64,000 bases of DNA. It comes from Bdellovibrio sp. ZAP7. GTDB taxonomy: Bacteria > Bdellovibrionota > FAC87 > UBA2466. Numbering within the stretch: the stretch's first letter is position 1; each line of letters starts with the position of its first letter. The stretch is from NCBI GenBank assembly GCA_945878405.1, contig CAMCTJ010000005.1, positions 22,350 through 86,349 of the forward strand. The letters run 5' to 3'. Made by a program: the position numbers and the translations under genes. The notes beneath the pieces were generated by a model that saw only the letters and a list, made by a program, of their open reading frames with translations, ran no database searches and was not told the DNA's origin. Shown here piece by piece: positions 47,605 through 56,126 of the stretch.

Positions 47605-48707
47605 TTTCCATTCACCAGTTTCATTATCGAGCTAGTGCGGGGGAAGCGGTTACCCAACACATGCTTTTTATTCGTGAAGCTTTGGCGGAGGCAGGTATCG
47701 GAGGAAAGATTTTTTCAGTCCAAAGAAAAAATCTTCCTCAAGGAAAAGTTCAAGCGTGGTCACCGGACTCAGCTTGGGACTGCGATCTTCTCCTCATCCA
47801 TCATTCGCAATACAATCCTAACCTAAAAGAACTTCTCTCCATTGAAGTGCCCAAAGCAGTGATTTATCACTCTCAACCTCCAGCGAGTTTGTTTTCCTAT
47901 GATCCAGAAGTAAAAAAAAATCTGGAAATAGGAAAAAAACAATTGGGTCTGTTGAAGCGAAAAGGGTTAGTTGCTTTGGGAGTTTCTCAGTTCGCCGTCG
48001 CGGAGCTTGCTCGGCTTGGTTTTAAAAATACGGGAGTGATTCCTCTGATGCACCTAGAATCCCAGCCAGCCGTGATGGGATCCGTAGAAAAGAATGAGCC
48101 GAAACACCTTCTGTTTGTTGGAAAACTAGCACCTCATAAGAAGCAATCTCTTTTGGTTGAGACTTTTTATCATTTAAGAAAAGAACTGCCTCCGCAATCC
48201 CAGTTGCACTTAGTCGGAACGGGAGATCCTCTCTACACCAAATATTTAAGACTCCTCATTAAGCAGCTGGGTTTAAGCCAGTCTGTGATTTTGACGGGAA
48301 AGCTTACTGATTCCAATTTGAGTGAATATTATGCTCTGGCAGATGCGTTTATTTGTATGAGCGAATACGAAGGGTTTTGTATTCCCGTGGTAGAAGCCAT
48401 GAGAGCACAGGTGCCGGTATTTTATCGATCCCTTACTGGAATTAAAGAAACCATGGGCGGAGCGGGAGTCGAGCTCTTAACAAATGACCCGATTCAGAAT
48501 GCCCTCATCCTCAAGCAGTTTTTAAATAGTCCAACTACTTTAAAAGCTGTTTTAGCCAGGCAGCAAATGAGACTCAAGAGTTTAAGCAGTTTTCAGAATC
48601 GAAAAACAGTACAGGAACAGATTTTAAAACTGTGCAGTCGCAAACCGGTTTTCACACTTCCTGCTTCTCCCAATAAAAATTCCTATGATGCCTCACTCAC
48701 TTTTTGA
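47601..48707 (+). CDS. Glycosyltransferase family 4
   Basis: LLFVGKLAPHK; SEYEGFCIPVVEAM (ExFxxxxxE). Confidence 0.9.
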   Translation: MISIHQFHYRASAGEAVTQHMLFIREALAEAGIGGKIFSVQRKNLPQGKVQAWSPDSAWDCDLLLIHHSQYNPNLKELLSIEVPKAVIYHSQPPASLFSYDPEVKKNLEIGKKQLGLLKRKGLVALGVSQFAVAELARLGFKNTGVIPLMHLESQPAVMGSVEKNEPKHLLFVGKLAPHKKQSLLVETFYHLRKELPPQSQLHLVGTGDPLYTKYLRLLIKQLGLSQSVILTGKLTDSNLSEYYALADAFICMSEYEGFCIPVVEAMRAQVPVFYRSLTGIKETMGGAGVELLTNDPIQNALILKQFLNSPTTLKAVLARQQMRLKSLSSFQNRKTVQEQILKLCSRKPVFTLPASPNKNSYDASLTF

Positions 48708-49302
48708 GTCGTTAGCTGCGTATCAGAAAACGTGGTTTGAAAAGTGGCTCAATCCCTTTCAAGAAGACAAGAAAATCGTGGAGAGGTTTCAGACCCTCTT
48801 TTTAAACACCGACTCTCCGTTTTCAAGAGATCAATTCCCGGGGCACCTTACCGGGAGTTGTTTCCTTCTGGATCCTTCGCATGGGAAGATTCTGCTGCTT
48901 CATCATAAGAAACTAGAAAAGTGGCTGCAGATGGGCGGTCATTGTGACGGCGAGTGCGAAATGGCTCAAGTAGCGTTGCGAGAAGCTGAGGAAGAGTCTG
49001 GATGTAAAGACTTAAGTCTTTTGTCTTCTCAAATTATCGATTTGGATATTCATCTTATCCCCGAAAGAAAAAATGAGCCGGAGCATTTTCATTATGACGT
49101 CAGGTACCTTGGGGTTTGCCATTCTCCAGAGAAGATTCAGTTGGCAGAGGAAGAGTCCAATGACCTTGCCTGGTTCCCATTCGAGAAAGCTTTTCAAATG
49201 GCAAAAGAAACCAGCATGCACCGGGTATTTAGAAAGGTAGAGTTCCTACAGTCCAAGGGGCTTTTGAGCTCGCACAGGGCGGGGTGCGAGAACCTACTTT
49301 GA
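48685..49302 (+). CDS. NUDIX hydrolase
   Basis: HLTGS, WLQMGGH, ALREAEEESG Nudix box, H.HYDVRY. Confidence 0.9.
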   Translation: MMPHSLFESLAAYQKTWFEKWLNPFQEDKKIVERFQTLFLNTDSPFSRDQFPGHLTGSCFLLDPSHGKILLLHHKKLEKWLQMGGHCDGECEMAQVALREAEEESGCKDLSLLSSQIIDLDIHLIPERKNEPEHFHYDVRYLGVCHSPEKIQLAEEESNDLAWFPFEKAFQMAKETSMHRVFRKVEFLQSKGLLSSHRAGCENLL

Positions 49303-50416
49303 TTCGAGCAAAGCCCTTTCGATTTACGCGTTCAAATCTCAAATCTGAAAAGTAGAGGCCCGTTTCATCTTTCCAAAAATAGGGTGCTCGAGAAAACTGG
49401 AGAAAATCTCTGACATCACAAAACTGGTCTCTCAGTGTTTTGACTTCCGTAATCGAGATCAAAAGTTCTGTCGGCTCCTGTCCCCCAAAGAAGCGAAGAT
49501 CGGAGCAAGCAGTGTGATTAATAATGCTAGGAAAAGGCGCGACCAGTCTTCGCTTCAATCGAAGGTGAGTTTCCGATTGCTCCACTGAAACAACTACCCA
49601 ACAAAGGGGATTTACGGGCAGGGGAGAAAGAATGGGGTCGATTAATTTGTATTGTGGATCTTGGGAAGATTCCGCTTGCACCATTTTGAGAGTAACGCGA
49701 TTGCCCAGTTCAAAAAATAGCAGCAGTGTGGCAAGAGCCGACCAAGTCAAAATCACTCTTCCGTGATCTTTCAGTAAGAAAAGTGTGACCAAAATAAAAA
49801 GAGTCCAAGCAGTGAGAACACCGCACATGAGAGAAGGCACGACTCCTAAGCCCCAAGAAAGAGTCAGTCCCAGAACCGCCAGGGTGGCGTAAAGCGTTTT
49901 TCCTTTCTTAGTGGGGGCGAGTAAAAATAAGAACGGAGTGAGCGTAGCCCAAGCCCAGGGCTCAAGCACAAAGACCCAGTCGCCGTATTTCCAGGTATTA
50001 TCGATTGGCCAGAAGGGATGAACACCATAGTTATTTAAAAAATCGAGTGTGATGTGGGTGAGGGGCGCCAGAAAAGCCATCCAGGAAATCCATTTCCATT
50101 CTTTTGTGAAATGAAACCGCTTTAAAACGTGTTGGAAGAAAGCACAGATACCGAGCATCAGAAGACCTTGAAGAAGTGCGATAGGGACTGTGTGTGTGTG
50201 GCCGCGGTGATGCAGGAGATTTCCCAATTGGGGATTTGCGTGCATCAGAGGGGCATACAGAAAATCAAAATCCGGTAAGTTATTTCCAAATACAGAAGCG
50301 AGAAAAAGCGCTCGTCGAGTTTGAGGAGCTAGAGTGCGCTTCGTGCTTTCTGGCAGAGCCACCCAGAGCGTTTCAGAAACGGTCGCGCCAAAAAGGGAGT
50401 GAGTGATGTTATCCAT
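49229..50416 (-). CDS. Membrane-bound metal-dependent hydrolase (YdjM/DUF457 family)
   Basis: MDNITHSL, LPDFD, HRGHTH, HITLD..N.YG..PFWP. Confidence 0.88.
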   Translation of the reverse strand: MDNITHSLFGATVSETLWVALPESTKRTLAPQTRRALFLASVFGNNLPDFDFLYAPLMHANPQLGNLLHHRGHTHTVPIALLQGLLMLGICAFFQHVLKRFHFTKEWKWISWMAFLAPLTHITLDFLNNYGVHPFWPIDNTWKYGDWVFVLEPWAWATLTPFLFLLAPTKKGKTLYATLAVLGLTLSWGLGVVPSLMCGVLTAWTLFILVTLFLLKDHGRVILTWSALATLLLFFELGNRVTLKMVQAESSQDPQYKLIDPILSPLPVNPLCWVVVSVEQSETHLRLKRRLVAPFPSIINHTACSDLRFFGGQEPTELLISITEVKTLRDQFCDVRDFLQFSRAPYFWKDETGLYFSDLRFERVNRKGFARIKVGSRTPPCASSKAPWTVGTLPF

Positions 50417-50423
50417 GTGGGGC

Positions 50424-50750
50424 TTAAGCGGCTTCCAGTTTGACTACGTAGTTAAAGCCATCTTTCTTGACAATGTCTTGAAGAGCCAACGCAATAAAGT
50501 GCTTTTGCGAATAACCCAGCTTTTTTGCAAAGGTTGCCGCCCGAGCGGGACTCACTGTTTTTCTCCCCTGTTCGATATCACAGAGATGAGATCTCGAAAT
50601 TCCAAGCTTCTTCGAAAAATCGGTTAAAGTTGCATCTTCCCCGAGTCTTATAGCTTCAAGCAAGCCGGAAAAGCTTAACGATTTTTTGGAAAGACGGTTT
50701 AGTAAATGGGAGGCATCTAAATATTTGGGCTCTTTGGGGCTAATAGACAT
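50424..50750 (-). CDS. HigA-like XRE-family HTH antitoxin
   Basis: 'DFSKKLGISRSHLCDIEQGRK' HTH; downstream of a RelE-type toxin. Confidence 0.85.
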   Translation of the reverse strand: MSISPKEPKYLDASHLLNRLSKKSLSFSGLLEAIRLGEDATLTDFSKKLGISRSHLCDIEQGRKTVSPARAATFAKKLGYSQKHFIALALQDIVKKDGFNYVVKLEAA

Positions 50751-51024
50751 GTTTTGTTACCTCTTCAATGAGTATCAAATGAGATTCAGATTTAGTAATT
50801 TTGTAAATAGCTCTATAAGAACGACTTAACCTAACGGAACGCTGTCCCTGGCGGGTTCCAAGCAAAGGTTCATCGTGAAAGCCCGGCCATTTTCTCATTT
50901 CAAATAATCCAAACCTTTCTACACCATCTTTCCAAGCCATGAGTTTAAGAACAACATGCTGCGGGGCTGTTTCGATATTTTTCAGTGCTCGTCGGCTAAT
51001 AGCCACGCGATAGTTGATTGCCAT
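50740..51024 (-). CDS. RelE/HigB-family mRNA interferase toxin
   Basis: 'HDEPL.G.RQGQRSVRLSRSYRAIY'; toxin-first gene order. Confidence 0.85.
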   Translation of the reverse strand: MAINYRVAISRRALKNIETAPQHVVLKLMAWKDGVERFGLFEMRKWPGFHDEPLLGTRQGQRSVRLSRSYRAIYKITKSESHLILIEEVTKHVY

Positions 51025-51031
51025 TTTTGTA

Positions 51032-51044
51032 CACCTTCCAGGTG
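51032..51044. promoter_or_regulatory. Inverted repeat, candidate antitoxin operator
   Basis: CACCT-TCC-AGGTG just upstream of the toxin ATG. Confidence 0.45.
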
Positions 51045-51165
51045 AATTAATCAAGACCCGTTTTACTGTCTTTGGTTAGGGGCTGAATGGCAAAGGGACA
51101 GGGGCGCATGGTGTTGCAAGCCACCAAAAGTAAAGCCGTACCTTTGGGTGGGGGGCCTTTTGGGC

Positions 51166-51198
51166 AAAAAAAAACGGGAGGGCCGAAGCCCTCCCGTT
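51166..51198 (-). terminator. Rho-independent terminator of the porin gene
   Basis: Minus strand AACGGGAGGGC-TTCG-GCCCTCCCG followed by T9. Confidence 0.93.
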
Positions 51199-51214
51199 CC
51201 ACTAAGCACGAGGC

Positions 51215-52261
51215 TTAGAATTTGTAGACAGCTGACAGTGTATAAGCACTGCTGTTTTGGCTTGTAGCGCCAGAAGTAGCTTTGGTGCTTGTCCACTTGT
51301 AGTCAGCGCGCAGTCTCAAGTCATCAGTCATTGTGGCTTGAGGACCAACAGTGACTTCAAACGTGGAGTTAGCGCCATTAGCTGTATGCCAAGTTGAACC
51401 AGAAGCTGAACCAACTTTGCTCAGGTAATTTGGACGAATTCCGAACGCCCACATTTTATCCCAGTTGTAGTTGATCGTTCCACCAACTGCGAAACCGCTC
51501 TCAGCTCCGGATGTAGCCACTTTTGTGAAAAGGGCTTGAGCATCGATAGTCCAGTCAGACATTTTTGTTCCTGCCATGACTTCGATGATGGAGTGGGTTT
51601 CTGTATTAGGTTTATGGAGGTAAATTCCAGCACCAACATACATCATATCCATTGTGTATTTACCAAGGACTCCGTATTCCAAGTTTTCACCATTTGGTCG
51701 AGCATCAGCAGCAGTTGTACTGGTTGCTGTTGCAACGTTTCCGCTTGGTCGTGATGCAATCCCCATTACAGTCACGGGACCGCGACCGTAGGTCAGCATC
51801 AAGCCGTTGTGCATGCGGGGCAGAGCTCCGAAAATAGCACCTTGGCTCGTGTAGGGTCCAAGACCGACGGTGTCGTTTGCTTCGTTCAAGAACGGAGAAT
51901 CGAAACGACCTAATTGCCATGTTAAGCCGAAGTCATAGCCCCAGCTGATGTAGGCTTGAGCTTTGGTGTTGAAAGAGCGGAATGCTGATGTAAAGCCAGC
52001 GTTTGCAGTTTGGGTTACGTTATCAGCTCTGTAGCTAAAAGGAACGTCAACCATCATTTTTCCGCGGCCAAGTTCTTTGCTTAAGTAAATTGCGCCGTCA
52101 GCAATTTGGGAGTTAAGGTTTGTGTCAGGTAGGCCAGCGTTTTGTCCGCCACCCACTTGAGCGTCAATGAACCCACCGAGTCCTGCGAATGCGGGAACTG
52201 CTAACCAGCCCACCGCCACTAGTACTGCTGTTTTTTTAATACTACTTAGATGTTTATTCAT
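51215..52261 (-). CDS. Outer-membrane porin-like beta-barrel (probably highly expressed)
   Basis: Signal peptide AFA|G; 'QAYISW...LGRFDSP..E' porin-like motif; C-terminal YKF; strong RBS and terminator. Confidence 0.82.
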   Translation of the reverse strand: MNKHLSSIKKTAVLVAVGWLAVPAFAGLGGFIDAQVGGGQNAGLPDTNLNSQIADGAIYLSKELGRGKMMVDVPFSYRADNVTQTANAGFTSAFRSFNTKAQAYISWGYDFGLTWQLGRFDSPFLNEANDTVGLGPYTSQGAIFGALPRMHNGLMLTYGRGPVTVMGIASRPSGNVATATSTTAADARPNGENLEYGVLGKYTMDMMYVGAGIYLHKPNTETHSIIEVMAGTKMSDWTIDAQALFTKVATSGAESGFAVGGTINYNWDKMWAFGIRPNYLSKVGSASGSTWHTANGANSTFEVTVGPQATMTDDLRLRADYKWTSTKATSGATSQNSSAYTLSAVYKF

Positions 52262-52384
52262 GCTTGTGTCTCCGTGAAATTGGTAGCTACCAACCAGAGT
52301 TAATCTAAATTAGTGAAAACCAACTTTGATTTTCACCACCCCAGATCCTCATTTCTCTTATGAAATGCTCTGGTTACAAATAGT

Positions 52385-52402
52385 GTGACAGATTGTTAAC
52401 AA
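52385..52402 (-). promoter_or_regulatory. Pho-box-like direct repeat upstream of the porin
   Basis: Minus strand TTGTTAA-CAAT-CTGTCAC (7-4-7), similar to the CTGTCAT-N4-CTGTCAC consensus. Confidence 0.5.
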
Positions 52403-52479
52403 GAAGCAAGAGGGTCGCGTTAAAAAAAATTACGCGCGTTAGTAAGTTTTGTTGCTGTGGGCTATTGCATCGCAAAAAA

Positions 52480-52857
52480 TTAGCGAGCTTTTGCTTTTCC
52501 TTGATGAGGAAGTTCGGGAGCTAAGTCTTGTCCAAATTTATCTCCATGACGAGACATCTTGTGAGCGGCATTGTGGCCTTTTTTCTTTTCGCGCTCTTTC
52601 TTCATTTGGTTTTCTATTTTCACAACCGCTTGGTCGATAGAGGCGTACAGGTCATCGCTCTTCGCGGTTGCGACCATGTCGTGATACTCCGCGTGACATG
52701 TCAGTTCCACTACGTGTTCGCCGCGACTGACGCTTAAGATTGCGTGAATTTCCATGGGGTAGGAAATGTACTTTTCAAACTTGCTTGTTTTCTTTTCAAC
52801 GTAAGCTTTGATGGCTTCTGTGGATTCGATGTTTTTAAAAGTGATGTTGAGACCCAT
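52480..52857 (-). CDS. hpf: Ribosome hibernation promoting factor (RaiA/HPF)
   Basis: ITFKNIE.TEAIKAYV; DLYASID.AV.KIE.Q..K; downstream of rpoN. Confidence 0.92.
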   Translation of the reverse strand: MGLNITFKNIESTEAIKAYVEKKTSKFEKYISYPMEIHAILSVSRGEHVVELTCHAEYHDMVATAKSDDLYASIDQAVVKIENQMKKEREKKKGHNAAHKMSRHGDKFGQDLAPELPHQGKAKAR

Positions 52858-52942
52858 GGCTTTCTCCTTATGGTGAAACAAGCTAGTTACTACTCAGAAA
52901 ACGGCTTTCGGGGAGTAATTCTTTAGAGGAACATTGTGCTGC

Positions 52943-54370
52943 TTAGAACACTTTTTTGCGTTTTGAAGAGGGTAAAATCCCCAGCATTTCCCTATACTTA
53001 GCCACTGTGCGTCGAGCGATGTTGATGTTTTCCTTAAGAAGGAGCTCGACTATCTTTTGATCGCTGTAAGGATTCTTCGGAGGTTCTTGGGCCACAATCG
53101 CTTTTACCTTTTCTTTTACGCTTTCTGAAGCCACATCGGAACCACTCACTCTGCTAATCCCGCTATTAAAGAAGAACTTCAATTCGAAGATTCCTCTGGG
53201 GGTATGCACATATTTTGCGGTGGTTACGCGGCTGATGGTGGATTCGTGCATTCCAATATCGTTCGCAACGTCACGTAGAACCATGGGCTTTAAGAACGCA
53301 ATCCCTTTATCAAAGAACTCCCGTTGCTGTCGGACAATGCTTTCAGTTACTTTGAAAATCGTTCGCTGACGCTGGTGGATACTGCGAATGAGCCAAACGG
53401 CCGATCGGAGTTTTCCCTGCACATAGTCTTTAGTTTGCGCTTGAGAGAACTCACCTTTTTCGAGGAGGTTCTTGTAGAAAGAAGAAATCTTTAACTTGGG
53501 GAGTCCATCTTCATTGAGCATCACTACGTATTCTTCACCCCGTTTAACAATATAAATATCGGGAATAATATAGTGTGAAGGAGCGCCTCCAAAAGCTCGA
53601 CCTGGTTTCGGCTCTAGTTCTTCAATGATTTTTATTCTCTTAATAATCTCTTCCATGGAAAGGCCCAGTGCTTTTGAAATGGCCTGATAATTTTTCTTTT
53701 CAAGATCGGGAAGATGATTCTCTACGATTTTTTCGAGCATCTCATCTTCTCGTTTCATGTCGTAGATCTGAACGAGTAGGCATTCTTTGAGATCTCTAGA
53801 AGCGACGCCAATCGGGTCAAAGTTTTGAATGGTATAAAGAACTGCTTCCACTTCATGGGGGTCAAAATTTTCTTTTTGAGCCATTTCCTCGACGGTTGTG
53901 GTCAAATATCCATCTTCGTTGATGTTACCAATGATGACCTCTCCAATAGCTCTTTCTTTCTCTGCAAGTCCTCCCAGTTGGAGTTGCCACAGCAAATGAT
54001 CCGTAAGATTTGCAGTTTGGGTCAGGGTGCTTTCATAAGAAGGTAGCTCGTCTTCTCCCCCTCGATAAACGGGCAAGCTTGGAGTCGAGCGAACATTCTC
54101 TAAATAATTTTCCCAATTAAAATCTTCTGAAGCTTGGGGATTTTCCTCAACTTTGGAACCTTCGGGAGCTGCTTCCACTTCGTTCATGGATTGCGTGGTG
54201 CTCTCTGACTCCGATGACTCATCGAGGGTCGGATTATCGACGAGTTCCGTGTTGATGAGATTTTCTAATTCCATTCGAGAGAGCTGCAAAAGCTTAATAG
54301 CCTGTTGCAGTTGAGGGGTCATGACTAGGTTTTGTCCTAGTTGTAGCGACTGCTTCATTCCAATGGCCAT
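52943..54370 (-). CDS. rpoN: RNA polymerase sigma-54 factor
   Basis: MTPQLQQAIKLLQL, MHESTISRV, RpoN box ARRTVAKYRE. Confidence 0.98.
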   Translation of the reverse strand: MAIGMKQSLQLGQNLVMTPQLQQAIKLLQLSRMELENLINTELVDNPTLDESSESESTTQSMNEVEAAPEGSKVEENPQASEDFNWENYLENVRSTPSLPVYRGGEDELPSYESTLTQTANLTDHLLWQLQLGGLAEKERAIGEVIIGNINEDGYLTTTVEEMAQKENFDPHEVEAVLYTIQNFDPIGVASRDLKECLLVQIYDMKREDEMLEKIVENHLPDLEKKNYQAISKALGLSMEEIIKRIKIIEELEPKPGRAFGGAPSHYIIPDIYIVKRGEEYVVMLNEDGLPKLKISSFYKNLLEKGEFSQAQTKDYVQGKLRSAVWLIRSIHQRQRTIFKVTESIVRQQREFFDKGIAFLKPMVLRDVANDIGMHESTISRVTTAKYVHTPRGIFELKFFFNSGISRVSGSDVASESVKEKVKAIVAQEPPKNPYSDQKIVELLLKENINIARRTVAKYREMLGILPSSKRKKVF

Positions 54371-54382
54371 ATTTATGCTCTC

Positions 54383-55102
54383 TTACAGTTTAAAGTTTTC
54401 ACCCAAATAAAACTTCCTAGCCGATTCATCACTCACAATTTCCTCTGGTGAACCGTGCATCCAAATTCTTCCGTCTTTGATCAAATACGCTTCATCACAA
54501 CTACTCAAAGTTTCTCGCACATTGTGATCCGTAATGATTACGCCAATGCCCTTTTCTTTCAGCCCCTTGATGATTCCCTGAATCTCAATCACTGCGAGAG
54601 GATCAATTCCCGCATAAGGCTCATCCAACAATAAAAACTTTGGATTTAAGATCAGCGCCCGTGCAATTTCTAAACGTCGCCGCTCACCCCCCGAGAGATT
54701 GACCGCTTTACTTTTCGCAAGTCTTAAAATTCCCAAATCCGAAAGCGCTTTCTCTGCTCGGTCCTTTCTTTCTTGTCGGCTGATTTTCAAGTTCTCCAAA
54801 ACAAGGAATAGATTTTCTTCGACGCTAAGCCTCCTGAAAACCGTAGCCTCCTGCGGCAAGTAGCCCAAACCTTGGCGAGCTCGCTCAAAAATCGGTTCAT
54901 CGACTAAATCCACACCGCCCAAGGTAACTTTACCAGAATCTGGCTTTACTAGGCCTACGACCATATAAAAGGTCGTGGTTTTTCCGGCCCCATTGGGTCC
55001 CAAAAGTCCCACTACTTTTCCGCTTTCAATCGAAAAGCTGACAGAATTCACCACTTGGCGACTTTTATAACTTTTTGAGAGATTACTGACCTCTAACTTC
55101 AT
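54383..55102 (-). CDS. lptB: LPS export ABC transporter ATP-binding protein
   Basis: GPNGAGKTT, YLPQE, LSGGERRR, ITDHNVRETL, YLGENF. Confidence 0.96.
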   Translation of the reverse strand: MKLEVSNLSKSYKSRQVVNSVSFSIESGKVVGLLGPNGAGKTTTFYMVVGLVKPDSGKVTLGGVDLVDEPIFERARQGLGYLPQEATVFRRLSVEENLFLVLENLKISRQERKDRAEKALSDLGILRLAKSKAVNLSGGERRRLEIARALILNPKFLLLDEPYAGIDPLAVIEIQGIIKGLKEKGIGVIITDHNVRETLSSCDEAYLIKDGRIWMHGSPEEIVSDESARKFYLGENFKL

Positions 55103-56061
55103 TGTTTTGAACTCCCCGAGGCTTCATCGACTTCAATCCGATCGTCGTCGGTGTAAATTTTTATTCGACGTCCTTCAATCCGGTTGTCCTCTGAATCGAT
55201 GCGAGCTCTACCTTCTAAAATAATTTCAGTCCCGTTGAGCTCTATCAGAGCACTCTCCGCACTTGCTATTCTCCCTCGATTCTTGAGAAAGACGTTTCCG
55301 GAAGCTGCTACGGTTTCGTCGTCTTGATCCATGCTGAGTTCGAAAACATCACAGGTAATCGAAGTAGACGGCATTCTGGCATTTACATTACCCATGAAAA
55401 CAGAGCGAGATTCATGAGTAAAAAACTGACCAGAATCCGAAACAATTTTTAACGCCCCGGCCCCTTTCATTTTTCTCTCAGCGGAGACTTTCTTTTTCAG
55501 CAAAAATTCCTCGCGGTTGATGTCTGCTTGAAGACCCAATCCCGATAAGGACATGCTCGGTTTTGAAACATTGGGCCCCTTCATACGAACAAAGTCCTCC
55601 GACGTAAATTCATGGTGAGTACTATTGTAATTCATTTTGTCCATTTCAAAGAGATAACCCTTTTTGGATTGGATAGTGACGTGACCTTCTAACTCGATAA
55701 TATTTTTATCGTCCCAAGATCTCCCATAATCACTCTGAGTCGTGACGACATTTCCCGTATTTTTGGCAAAAAACTCAGCTTTGACGTCTGTCAGGAAAGC
55801 ATAATTTTCTTTCCGATGAAGTTCTGCAAACTTTGATTCGATGTGCCAGTGTTTAACCCCTTGCGAGGACTCATAGTACCGAACTCCTGCCAGTCCAAAA
55901 TTCGCTTTAGTGGATACTGACTTATAAAGCCCTTCTCCTGTTTTTGATTCAGGAGTTCGAGATTCTTCACCGCTGGGTTGATGAGTCGAGGATGGCCAAA
56001 CAAGGAGCAAGAGGGCCCAAAGCGTACTGAGAACGATCATTTGGCGTTTAGAAATATCCAC
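55099..56061 (-). CDS. lptC: LptC with C-terminal LptA/OstA-like extension (apparent LptC-LptA fusion)
   Basis: N-terminal TM, LptC-like strands, then OstA-like 'FMGNV...ASGNV...LEGRA...IEGRRI'; directly upstream of lptB. Confidence 0.75.
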   Translation of the reverse strand: MDISKRQMIVLSTLWALLLLVWPSSTHQPSGEESRTPESKTGEGLYKSVSTKANFGLAGVRYYESSQGVKHWHIESKFAELHRKENYAFLTDVKAEFFAKNTGNVVTTQSDYGRSWDDKNIIELEGHVTIQSKKGYLFEMDKMNYNSTHHEFTSEDFVRMKGPNVSKPSMSLSGLGLQADINREEFLLKKKVSAERKMKGAGALKIVSDSGQFFTHESRSVFMGNVNARMPSTSITCDVFELSMDQDDETVAASGNVFLKNRGRIASAESALIELNGTEIILEGRARIDSEDNRIEGRRIKIYTDDDRIEVDEASGSSKQ

Positions 56062-56126
56062 TCAGTCAAAATAGCACTAACTCCCAGCGCTTTGAACTCA
56101 ATTCAATTGGGCTTACAATGTTAGCT

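Noticed and set aside
49229..49302. 74-bp convergent overlap of the NUDIX and hydrolase genes
   Set aside because: Tail-to-tail overlaps are common in compact genomes; both ORFs look intact.
51061..51165. GC-rich gap as a possible tRNA or sRNA
   Set aside because: No cloverleaf, T-loop or long stable stem found.
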